Source: Prevotella sp. (GTDB taxonomy: Bacteria; Bacteroidota; Bacteroidia; Bacteroidales; Dysgonomonadaceae). Taken from it: 64,000 nucleotides of DNA. The notes under the pieces are model-generated. The model ran no database searches and was not told the origin of the DNA. It saw nothing but the letters and a program-made list of their open reading frames with translations. A program made the translations under genes and the position numbers. Positions 1 through 7,482 of this stretch are shown here, piece after piece (within the stretch, counting starts at the first letter, position 1; each line of letters begins with the position of its first letter). Where the stretch lies: the NCBI GenBank assembly GCA_031285625.1, contig JAITVV010000092.1, positions 157,679 through 221,678 on the forward strand. Direction: 5' to 3'.

Positions 1-302
1 GTTATGAATGCAGGCTTGCGGATATCGGTTGATATCCATTCGGGAGTGATATGTGTATCTAAGAATAGTTCACAAAAACGTTGTATCCATTGGTTCCGGA
101 TGGTTAAAGACGGGGCTAGTATTAAAGTCGCTTTATTGATGCGTATTGCTACTTCTAGTCCTAATACTGTTTTACCTGATCCTGGAGGTGCGATAACATG
201 CAAATGCCTGTCTTCCATATGGAAGTCTAATTCATCCAATACTTTTTGTTGGTATTTTCTCCAGGGATATTTAAATTTTGTATTGGATGGAAAGGTTTTC
301 AT
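1..302 (-). CDS. SF2 (DEAD/DEAH, ResIII-like) helicase, N-terminal part; runs off the window edge
   Basis: Not in the ORF track. Manual translation from ATG 302 gives MKTFPSNTKFKYPWRKYQQKVLDEL...HVIAPPGSGKTVLGLEVAIRINKATLILAPSLTIRNQW, with Q-motif, Walker A and motif Ia. TATCTTTG box on minus at 327-334. Confidence 0.8.
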   Translation of the reverse strand, partial: MKTFPSNTKFKYPWRKYQQKVLDELDFHMEDRHLHVIAPPGSGKTVLGLEVAIRINKATLILAPSLTIRNQWIQRFCELFLDTHITPEWISTDIRKPAFI

Positions 303-720
303 TTGTATTGTTTGAGTAATAAATCACAAAGATAATTGAAAAAAGGAATAACTCCTTGTTATCCCTTTAGTCTCTATCTTTTAAAATTCTCCATCCTGGT
401 TGGGAATACATTACTTCCATTATGAAAAGCAAAGGGGATTCTATACTCAGCAACTGGGTTATCAACGTAAAGGGATGAATAAACGTTTCCGGGAACGTTT
501 TAATCATGAAGAAACCTTTATATTTACCAGGAAGGATAATTTTGATTATGCCTATAAGTGTGTCAATTATTATTGGCATGATGACACAAAAGAAGATGTT
601 GATTTACGTAAAAATTCAAACATGATTTTATAGATAAATATATTGAAGGTGCAAGTTTTATGATGCCGGACTATTAAGTGTCTGATAAATTATTGTACTT
701 TTAAAAGAAATTATAATCAT

Positions 721-1473
721 ATGAGAGAAAAGAGGGATTTAAATCTGGCAGTACTGATTGATGCAGATAATGTACCGTATTCTAATATAAAAGGTATGCT
801 GGATGAAATAGCCAAAATAGGTGTACCAACAATAAAACGTATTTATGGAGATTGGACAAAGCCAACAGTTTCGGGATGGAAGCAGCCGTTACTGGAGCAT
901 GCAATCACTCCGATACAACAATATAGCTACACTACGGGAAAAAATGCGACCGATTCTGCAATGATTATTGATGCCATGGATATTCTGCATAGTGACAAAG
1001 TAGATGGATTCTGTCTGGTTTCCAGTGATAGTGACTTTACCCGACTGGCAGTAAGACTCAGGGAATCTGGTATGCAGGTGATCGGTATAGGAGAGAAAAA
1101 GACGCCGAATCCATTCATTGTAGCCTGTGATAAGTTCATCTATATTGAAATTATCGGTGATTCTGAGGATCAGCAGGATACAACAACTTCTGCAACAAAG
1201 AAAGATAAAGAAAAGAATATAGAGCCTGTAAATAAAAAACTTATCAATCTGTTAAAGAGCACAGTGCGTGATCTTGCCGACGATGACGGCTGGGCCTATC
1301 TGGGAGATATAGGTAATCTCATTATTAAAAAGCGCCCCGATTTTGATTCCCGTAACTATGGTTTCTCCAAGCTTGCAGCTTTAGTAAAGGCGCAAAAGAA
1401 GGTATTTGAGATAGATGAACGAAAGACTGAAAAAGGACACTCGCAATTGGTATATGTGAAAATTAAGGAGTAG
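721..1473 (+). CDS. NYN-domain (PIN-like) predicted RNase with C-terminal OST-HTH/LOTUS RNA-binding domain
   Basis: LIDADN, GKNATD, VSSDSDF, LRESG motifs; C-terminal DDDGWAYLGDIG...PDFDSRNYGFSKL is typical of OST-HTH. Confidence 0.88.
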   Translation: MREKRDLNLAVLIDADNVPYSNIKGMLDEIAKIGVPTIKRIYGDWTKPTVSGWKQPLLEHAITPIQQYSYTTGKNATDSAMIIDAMDILHSDKVDGFCLVSSDSDFTRLAVRLRESGMQVIGIGEKKTPNPFIVACDKFIYIEIIGDSEDQQDTTTSATKKDKEKNIEPVNKKLINLLKSTVRDLADDDGWAYLGDIGNLIIKKRPDFDSRNYGFSKLAALVKAQKKVFEIDERKTEKGHSQLVYVKIKE

Positions 1474-1474
1474 C

Positions 1475-2170
1475 TCAACCTGCTCCATTTATACAATAAA
1501 GCAGGATTTTTCCCTCTTTATTCTTTCGTATATAATATATTTCAGAAAATTCGGTGATACTTTCTTTTGGGTCTCCACTGTTATAGCTCAAATGATAATT
1601 TGAAATATACTCTCCTTGGTATTCCTCTCCGGTAAAGAGATGGATAGAGTGTATATAGCCATCGGATGTTTTTAGGGTCGGATTATATGCCTTGTCTTTT
1701 ATTGCTTTATCAAAATCATATTTAACTAATAATTGTATAAACTCCTTATCAAAGATTTTACTTGCATTCTCAATAAAGTCCTCTCTATAGAATTTACCAT
1801 CTTTGCTATTAGCTAGTGCCACCTGTTCATCAGTATAATCCGGCGCATAAACTTTAAATCGAAAAACATCCCCAAATAAGGGATATTGTACCATGTCGGC
1901 CAGTTTATGATAATCTTTTTTTAAGAGGTTCTTTTTGAACTCTTTCCAAAAACTGATTTGTTCTTCAGCACTCATTATTTCTGTGGAAGTCATCTCCTTA
2001 TAAGGATCGTCCTGAATATCTTTCCGTATAGTAGTTTCGGATATTATAGAATCAGTCAATGATACCACTGAGTCAATTTTTTCAACGGGAGCTGCTTTAC
2101 TTGTATTGCTCGTACATGAAAAACAAATCGCTGAAAATAGTATGAAAGAGAAATAAATCAGTTTGTTCAT
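1475..2170 (-). CDS. hypothetical lipoprotein
   Basis: 231-aa ORF, signal peptide with lipobox-like FSC. Confidence 0.65.
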   Translation of the reverse strand: MNKLIYFSFILFSAICFSCTSNTSKAAPVEKIDSVVSLTDSIISETTIRKDIQDDPYKEMTSTEIMSAEEQISFWKEFKKNLLKKDYHKLADMVQYPLFGDVFRFKVYAPDYTDEQVALANSKDGKFYREDFIENASKIFDKEFIQLLVKYDFDKAIKDKAYNPTLKTSDGYIHSIHLFTGEEYQGEYISNYHLSYNSGDPKESITEFSEIYYIRKNKEGKILLYCINGAG

Positions 2171-2205
2171 ATGTTTGTAAAGTATGTCTGTATAAAGATA
2201 GATAA

Positions 2206-2240
2206 AATCAGAGCTGAAATATTACATTTCAACTCTGATT
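2206..2240 (-). terminator. intrinsic terminator after Ro60 and its cognate Y-like RNA
   Basis: AATCAGAGCTGAAAT-attac-ATTTCAACTCTGATT inverted repeat with short U tail on minus. Confidence 0.6.
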
Positions 2241-2247
2241 ATTAAAA

Positions 2248-2329
2248 AAATCTTGTGAAGTAACTATCACAAAGAGGCTAGCAAATTTTAAGTCCGAAGG
2301 AACTCTATGCTACGACACTCACAAGATTT
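2248..2329 (-). ncRNA. minimal Y-RNA-like cassette (frame only, about 18-nt insert)
   Basis: Starts 5 nt after the TROVE stop; terminal stem AAAUCUUGUGA/UCACAAGAUUU; carries the GUGUCGUAG-CAU-AGAGUUCCUUCG...CUCUUU...GUUAC frame of the other six units. Confidence 0.75.
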
Positions 2330-2334
2330 CTCAT

Positions 2335-3849
2335 TTATAGTTCTATTTTTCTTACTTCGTCCAAAGCGTTCCCACCATTATCTATAGCCGATATGATGTC
2401 AAATATTTTATCGGACCAACCAGCTATCAAATACACATCGTTCTGAGTGATATCCAATGGAGTGTTTCCATAACCGGACAAGTCGAACAGATATAGCTTA
2501 CTGCTTGGTGATATCTTTTTATATTCATTCCATAGATCAGCTATTTTCTTGTCATTTTTGTTGTTCCACAATTGCAAATCAGTAAACATCATGACTTTAT
2601 CCATCTGTTGTTTTCTCTTTATCAGGTCTTCTATTACCAGATAACCGTTGGTTGCATAGCCTACTTCTCCTTCGCGGCGATAGAAAGCATCCACATTAGA
2701 CAATATACCTTGTGTAGGTACATTTATCACCTTCCACTTATCACCGAACATCCCGGTTATGGCATTTTCGCAGCGTGACTTCAATAGCATAGCCAGCATC
2801 AAACCTATATCATAACACAGTATTTTACTTTTAGCAGATACCGGACGTTGCATAGAGCCTGATACGTCACATGCTATCAGTACACTGGTGTCAGCATCAA
2901 AACCTTTTATATTTTCAGCAGATACAGCTACGGCTTTTTCCAATGCATCCAGTACACGGCTTGCATATGCAGACTTCACTTTAGATATTTCACGATACGC
3001 AGCCAGAAAACGGAATGGCAATTGTTTTGAACGACGTACAGCTTCCGGTGAAGCCAACGCACTGCATACTTTTATGATATGCTCTTTCGAAACATTCGAT
3101 TCCAGTATATTACGCAAGTTACGCATCAATGCCATATAGCCTATTTTACCACTATCTATCAGTTCTTCCCATTTGATGCGGAATGCAGTTCCCTTTTCAG
3201 CTTCGGAATCAAATTTTATTTGACCCAATGCAGAAAGTTCTGTTTCCCAAGTATATGGTGTTTCCAATGTATCATTTACTATCTTGTTGAACAAAGCCTG
3301 TTGGTCTTCATCCTTTGCCTTAGGGTGTACAAGAAATAGTGCATCACGAAGTTTTATTTCCGCATCACGATTATATTTTGCAAACTGATATTCATCAAAC
3401 CGGTTGAATGCATTCTGCAATCCGGCTTGTAGCTGTTTCGACAGACGATTTAGTTTCTTTGTGTCTTGTCTTTCATTAGCAAGCTGGTAGTAGGCCAACA
3501 GTTCTGTTATCTCATCTGCACGCTGCACCACTTGCAATACCATTTTGCTTACAGTAGAGTCTCCTCTGTGTATTTTAGCCAACTCTACAGCCAATACCAA
3601 TGGAATTGAACGCAGATTCATCTTCTGGCGTGTATATACAGCCAGCTGTGCTACAAATATCGGGTCACATCGTTTTATCAAACCACGCATTGTTTCAACT
3701 CGGGCTTGCGCGCTTTCGTAAAACTTGTCACTCAATGCAGAGGTAACGGCAGCAGTATACAATTGCCACTCTGGTGATAGACGGTATGCTTGTGCTCCTT
3801 CATAATTTACCACCTTGTTTTTTCCTTTGTTTCTGAAATTGAATTTCAT
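2335..3849 (-). CDS. rsr: Ro60/Rsr orthologue (TROVE + vWA domains)
   Basis: N-terminal NYEGAQAY, TPYTWETELS, GYMALMRNLRN, SKQLPFRFLAAY; vWA MIDAS DVSGSM and MFTD motifs. Confidence 0.92.
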   Translation of the reverse strand: MKFNFRNKGKNKVVNYEGAQAYRLSPEWQLYTAAVTSALSDKFYESAQARVETMRGLIKRCDPIFVAQLAVYTRQKMNLRSIPLVLAVELAKIHRGDSTVSKMVLQVVQRADEITELLAYYQLANERQDTKKLNRLSKQLQAGLQNAFNRFDEYQFAKYNRDAEIKLRDALFLVHPKAKDEDQQALFNKIVNDTLETPYTWETELSALGQIKFDSEAEKGTAFRIKWEELIDSGKIGYMALMRNLRNILESNVSKEHIIKVCSALASPEAVRRSKQLPFRFLAAYREISKVKSAYASRVLDALEKAVAVSAENIKGFDADTSVLIACDVSGSMQRPVSAKSKILCYDIGLMLAMLLKSRCENAITGMFGDKWKVINVPTQGILSNVDAFYRREGEVGYATNGYLVIEDLIKRKQQMDKVMMFTDLQLWNNKNDKKIADLWNEYKKISPSSKLYLFDLSGYGNTPLDITQNDVYLIAGWSDKIFDIISAIDNGGNALDEVRKIEL

Positions 3850-3903
3850 CTCTTTTAATTTTTAATGTTAAGGTCTTAACGACACTCTAATTGTTTGACA
3901 TTA

Positions 3904-3940
3904 CAAAGATTCAAAAACAAGTACGCAGCTTTTTTGCGTA
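3904..3940 (-). promoter_or_regulatory. Ro60 promoter (-7-like AATCTTTG) with palindromic operator TACGCA-N7-TGCGTA (3922-3940)
   Basis: Perfect 6-bp palindrome; recurs at 7402-7420 and 28990-29008 at the same spacing. Confidence 0.7.
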
Positions 3941-4064
3941 ACAAAAACTTTCTTTTAAAACTTCTCATTTTTAACAATTATCATAAAAAAGTAACAAGTT
4001 ACATCGATCTCCAATATTCAATTAATTATTTGATTATTAAATATATGATTCTAACATCAAGCAT

Positions 4065-4112
4065 AAAAAGTGACAAAAGTAACAGGTTTTGCCCATTTTT
4101 TATTGTAACCTT
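4065..4112. repeat. dispersed intergenic element AAAAGTGACAAAAGTRACA-N19-21-TGTWACYTT, copy 1
   Basis: Near-identical copies at 8730, 28487 and 31997. Confidence 0.7.
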
Positions 4113-4226
4113 ATTCTTTTATCGATATGCTGACCTAATAAGATAAAGTTTTTAAACAATCTCAAATCTGGTAATTTCATACTGATTATAAAAATAATAA
4201 GTGTATTTTTGGCTAAAATTTAACAA

Positions 4227-5138
4227 ATGTTTGAAAAGAAAATCAGTACGGCAATAGGCCGGTATTTCCCATTATTTATAGGATGGAGCCGATATATATT
4301 ATATAAACATCCCGACTGGCTGCTTCGAAAGGATATTCTTAAATATTATGATTCCGTATCTCCATCAGAAATAAATGAAGAACAAGCGGAAGCAGTTTCT
4401 TACATTCGTAAAAAAGGGGCGCATTATTTTCCCTATTCGTTTATTGAAAAGTATAATCCGGAAAAAATAAAAGTATATACAAATGAAAAATGTGGATTAA
4501 AGTATGTATTACATAATGAGAAACGGCTCTATTTTGCAAGAGAAACATCAGCTTTTAATATTCAGAGGATATATACCAACCTTTTGTACGAGCAGGATCG
4601 TAAATCTGCACATTGCTACCAGACTGAGACTTTTAGGATAGAAGAAGGAGACATCCTGTTTGATGTAGGTGCTGCAGAAGGTATATTTTCGTTAACAGTG
4701 ATTGAGAAGGTAAAGAAAGTCTATCTCTTCGAAGTAGAGGAGCGCTGGCTGGAAGCATTACGCGAAACTTTCAAGCCATGGCAGGATAAAGTGGAGATTA
4801 TCTGCAAATATGTATCTGATACGGATAGTGAGCAAACTGCCAAACTGGATACTGTTATAAAAAAGCTTAGTAATGAATCTTTATTTCTTAAACTGGATGT
4901 GGAAGGAGCCGAAAAATTAGTTATCAAAGGAGCAAACGAGATATTAACTTCAGGAAATAATAAAATTAAAGCTGCCGTATGTACCTACCACAATCAAGAT
5001 GATCATGAAGAACTATCGGCTATCATGAAGGATTTAGGATATAGGGTAAGTACATCTCCCGGCTACATGCTTTTTAAGCAACAAAATCTGGCTCCGCCTT
5101 ATCTGAGAAGGGGTTTAATTTATTGTAGTAAAGAATAA
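4227..5138 (+). CDS. FkbM-family SAM-dependent methyltransferase
   Basis: FDVGAAEG (motif I), LFEVE, LKLDVEGAE, CTYH. Confidence 0.85.
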   Translation: MFEKKISTAIGRYFPLFIGWSRYILYKHPDWLLRKDILKYYDSVSPSEINEEQAEAVSYIRKKGAHYFPYSFIEKYNPEKIKVYTNEKCGLKYVLHNEKRLYFARETSAFNIQRIYTNLLYEQDRKSAHCYQTETFRIEEGDILFDVGAAEGIFSLTVIEKVKKVYLFEVEERWLEALRETFKPWQDKVEIICKYVSDTDSEQTAKLDTVIKKLSNESLFLKLDVEGAEKLVIKGANEILTSGNNKIKAAVCTYHNQDDHEELSAIMKDLGYRVSTSPGYMLFKQQNLAPPYLRRGLIYCSKE

Positions 5139-5167
5139 TCTTTACATTATCAGAGAAATAATAGAAG

Positions 5168-6226
5168 ATGACAATACAAGAAATAAAGGACAAAGGGCTA
5201 TTACTATTTGAATGCATAAGTGGCAGTAAGGCATATGGTCTGGATACACCAACTTCTGATACAGACCTGAAAGGAGTATTTTATCTACCGAAAGACCAAT
5301 TCTTCGGACTGGACTATATTACTCAGATAAATAATGAGACCAACGATGAAGTATATTATGAGTTGGGGCGGTTTGTAGAATTGCTTTGTAAAAACAATCC
5401 TAACATACTCGAAATACTAGCTTCCCCTGAAGACCGTATATTATACAAGCATCCTATTATGGATAGCTTAAATATCGAACTGTTCTTATCCAAACTCTGT
5501 AAGGAAACTTTTGCGGGTTATGCTCATTCACAAATCAAAAAGGCCAGAGGCTACAAAAAGAAGATCGTAAACCCGATGGAAAAAGAGCGGAAGGATGTGC
5601 CCGACTTCTGTTATATTCTCGAAGGATATTCTTCTGTTCCGGTAAAAGAGTGGCTACAGGCGAAAGATTACCTTCAGGAAAGATGCGGACTGAGTTCTAT
5701 ACCTCATACTAAAGGAATGTACGCCTTGTTTTATGACGAAGATGATAAATTCAGATATAAAGGAATAGTACATAATCCCGACGCCAATGAAGTTGCTTTA
5801 TCTTCTATACAAAAAGGAGAGAAAGAAGTCGCCTATCTGTATTTTAATGTTGAAGCTTATTCTTTGTATTGTAAAGAGTACAAAGAATACTGGGATTGGG
5901 TTGCCAATCGCAATGAAATACGCTATCAGGGTAATCAGCAACATGGAAAAAATTATGATGCAAAGAACATCATGCACACTATCCGGCTGTTGCAGGTTGC
6001 CGAAGAAATATTGCGTGATGGGAAGCTAAATGTAAAGAGGCCTAATCGAGAACAATTGCTGAATATAAAAGCTGGAATGATGGAATATGATGAACTCTTG
6101 GTAATGGCGGACGACCTGATGCACAGGATAGAGCAATATGTCGGTAAAAGCCACCTGCAAGATATTCCTGATAAGAATAAAATAGAGGAAATATTGATCG
6201 GGATGAGAGTGAAATTATATAAATAG
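5168..6226 (+). CDS. RlaP/YcgL-like DNA polymerase-beta superfamily nucleotidyltransferase
   Basis: SGSKAYGLDTPTSDTDLKGVF (GS...DxD), YELGRF...NNPNILE, YDAKNIMHTIRLL. Confidence 0.85.
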   Translation: MTIQEIKDKGLLLFECISGSKAYGLDTPTSDTDLKGVFYLPKDQFFGLDYITQINNETNDEVYYELGRFVELLCKNNPNILEILASPEDRILYKHPIMDSLNIELFLSKLCKETFAGYAHSQIKKARGYKKKIVNPMEKERKDVPDFCYILEGYSSVPVKEWLQAKDYLQERCGLSSIPHTKGMYALFYDEDDKFRYKGIVHNPDANEVALSSIQKGEKEVAYLYFNVEAYSLYCKEYKEYWDWVANRNEIRYQGNQQHGKNYDAKNIMHTIRLLQVAEEILRDGKLNVKRPNREQLLNIKAGMMEYDELLVMADDLMHRIEQYVGKSHLQDIPDKNKIEEILIGMRVKLYK

Positions 6227-6228
6227 CT

Positions 6229-6657
6229 ATAGATCAGAATAATATATCAGAATTCCTATCTAAAGTTGAAAATATTATTAAGTCTCTTGATGAACTTTCA
6301 GGTTTATCAGACAATTGCATTAAAGAATTCGACGGTACTGAATTTGATGGACAAAGCCAGTTAGCTGGTAAGTTGGATGACCTGTTCCTTATAGCTAGCC
6401 ACGAAATGGCAACACAACTTGCTTTCGTAAAAGAAGATATTCTTATCCTTATAAAGTTCATAAAATTCAGAAAAGGATATCCCCAACTATCGGAAACAGA
6501 GCTCGAACAAATATTAGACACTGAGAATCTGGAACTTAAATTTAAAATGGAGATAAAACCTAAATTGAGAGACCATAGTATTCTTGAAATAAAGGAATTA
6601 TGGAACAATACATTCAACAATAAATCATTCAAGAAGATAATAAACCGGTTCAAATAA
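6229..6657 (+). pseudogene. hypothetical ORF, possibly 5'-truncated
   Basis: Frame is open from about 6223 to the stop at 6657 but has no ATG near its 5' end (track uses TTG 6373); no recognisable motif. Confidence 0.3.
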
Positions 6658-6661
6658 AAAA

Positions 6662-6785
6662 TCAGGGTAATAAGGCGAAAAGGCTGATATAAACCGGCGC
6701 TTTACTTTAAGCTACGAAATCGATAGGTCTTGCACCTATATAATCCGGATCCCAAATCGAAGAAATCCTCTTCTACGACACCTGA
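6662..6785 (-). ncRNA. Y-RNA-like cassette, array unit 5 (3'-most), permuted tRNA-like module
   Basis: Ends UCAGG/CCUGA; module CCGG-AUUAU-[AUAGG UGCAAGA CCUAU]-CGAUUUCG-UA-[GCUU AAAGUA AAGC]-G-CCGG. Confidence 0.78.
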
Positions 6786-6795
6786 AATTATAAAA

Positions 6796-6933
6796 AACAG
6801 AAGTAACAAGCGAAAAGAGCGAGCGGGGCATGGCTTGCCGGAGTCGAACCGGATAGTCTCGCCGGATTTACGACCTCACTATTCCTCCCCTAAAATTGGT
6901 AGCCGAAGTATCTCTCTTCTACGACATTCTGTT
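6796..6933 (-). ncRNA. Y-RNA-like cassette, array unit 4, with T-arm
   Basis: Ends AACAGAA/UUCUGUU; conserved frame; CCGG-UUCGACU-CCGG T-arm and an AUAGU/ACUAU stem. Confidence 0.75.
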
Positions 6934-6943
6934 ATATTTAATC

Positions 6944-7067
6944 AACAAGGCAACAAACGAACAGAGACTATAATAGCTTGCTCTACCCACTGAGCTACAC
7001 CCGAAGATGACAGGAATCGAACCCGTGACCCAGTTAACCGAAGTAACTCTATTCTACGGCACTTGTT
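6944..7067 (-). ncRNA. YrlA-like cassette, array unit 3, permuted tRNA module
   Basis: Ends AACAAG/CUUGUU; GGUC-[ACGGG UUCGAUU CCUGU]-[CAUC UUCG GGUG]-UA-[GCUC AGUGGGUA GAGC]-A. Confidence 0.85.
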
Positions 7068-7085
7068 TGTACTAATTCACAAATA

Positions 7086-7202
7086 AACAAGGTAACAAGC
7101 ATAAAGAGCAAACTTTGTCCAACCTCGGACGTTGCGGGAGTCGAACCCTTTTCATTAATTGGCGTTTAGCAAACGAAGTAACTCTTTACTACGACACTTG
7201 TT
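7086..7202 (-). ncRNA. Y-RNA-like cassette, array unit 2, with T-loop
   Basis: Ends AACAAG/CUUGUU; GGG-UUCGACU-CCC plus a GUCC..GGAC hairpin. Confidence 0.75.
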
Positions 7203-7210
7203 ATATTATT

Positions 7211-7352
7211 TAAACAAGGCAACAAACGAGAAAAGCCTTTTTGATCTGGTGTCCTATTTTACTAGACGACTACAACTTACATTGCTGGCTGTTTTTTCAA
7301 CAGCGTTTCCAGAGTGGATTACGAAGTATCTCTTCCCTACGGCACTTGTTTA
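7211..7352 (-). ncRNA. Y-RNA-like cassette, array unit 1 (promoter-proximal), degenerate permuted cloverleaf
   Basis: Ends UAAACAAG/CUUGUUUA; UCUGG-AAAC-[GCUGU UGAAAAA ACAGC]-acceptor-like hairpin-UC-[GUCU..GGAC]-A-CCAGA. Confidence 0.75.
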
Positions 7353-7384
7353 TTTATTTCAATGATCTTTTCTTATTTATACTG

Positions 7385-7420
7385 CAAAGTAATAACCTTG
7401 ATGTGCAATCTTTTTGCGCA
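7385..7420 (-). promoter_or_regulatory. array promoter (-7-like TTACTTTG) with operator TGTGCA-N7-TGCGCA (7402-7420)
   Basis: Same architecture as the sites upstream of Ro60 and of the 28.9-kb RNA locus. Confidence 0.7.
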
Positions 7421-7482
7421 ATGAAATATTTCTTGAAAAAAAGCTATTCTAACATATTGAAGATACTTACATCAAAACATTA

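Noticed and set aside
4-633. ORFs 4-315(+), 367-579(-) and 400-633(+)
   Set aside because: 4-315 is antisense to the helicase; the other two are short, mutually overlapping and motif-free (400-633 could be a remnant but is unsupported).
6823-6890. Cobalamin-riboswitch-like look of one array module
   Set aside because: Only superficial GGGA/AAUCC similarity; it lies inside a cassette frame with no downstream gene to regulate.
6944-7067. Ordinary tRNA gene or tRNA pseudogene debris (also 28785-28935)
   Set aside because: The T arm precedes the D arm, the acceptor end is loop-closed, and the module sits inside a conserved covarying frame. This is ordered permutation, not decay.
6662-7352. CRISPR array interpretation of the ~140-nt periodic repeats
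   Set aside because: Repeats are bipartite and degenerate and pair around the variable part; the variable parts are long and tRNA-like; no cas genes in the window.
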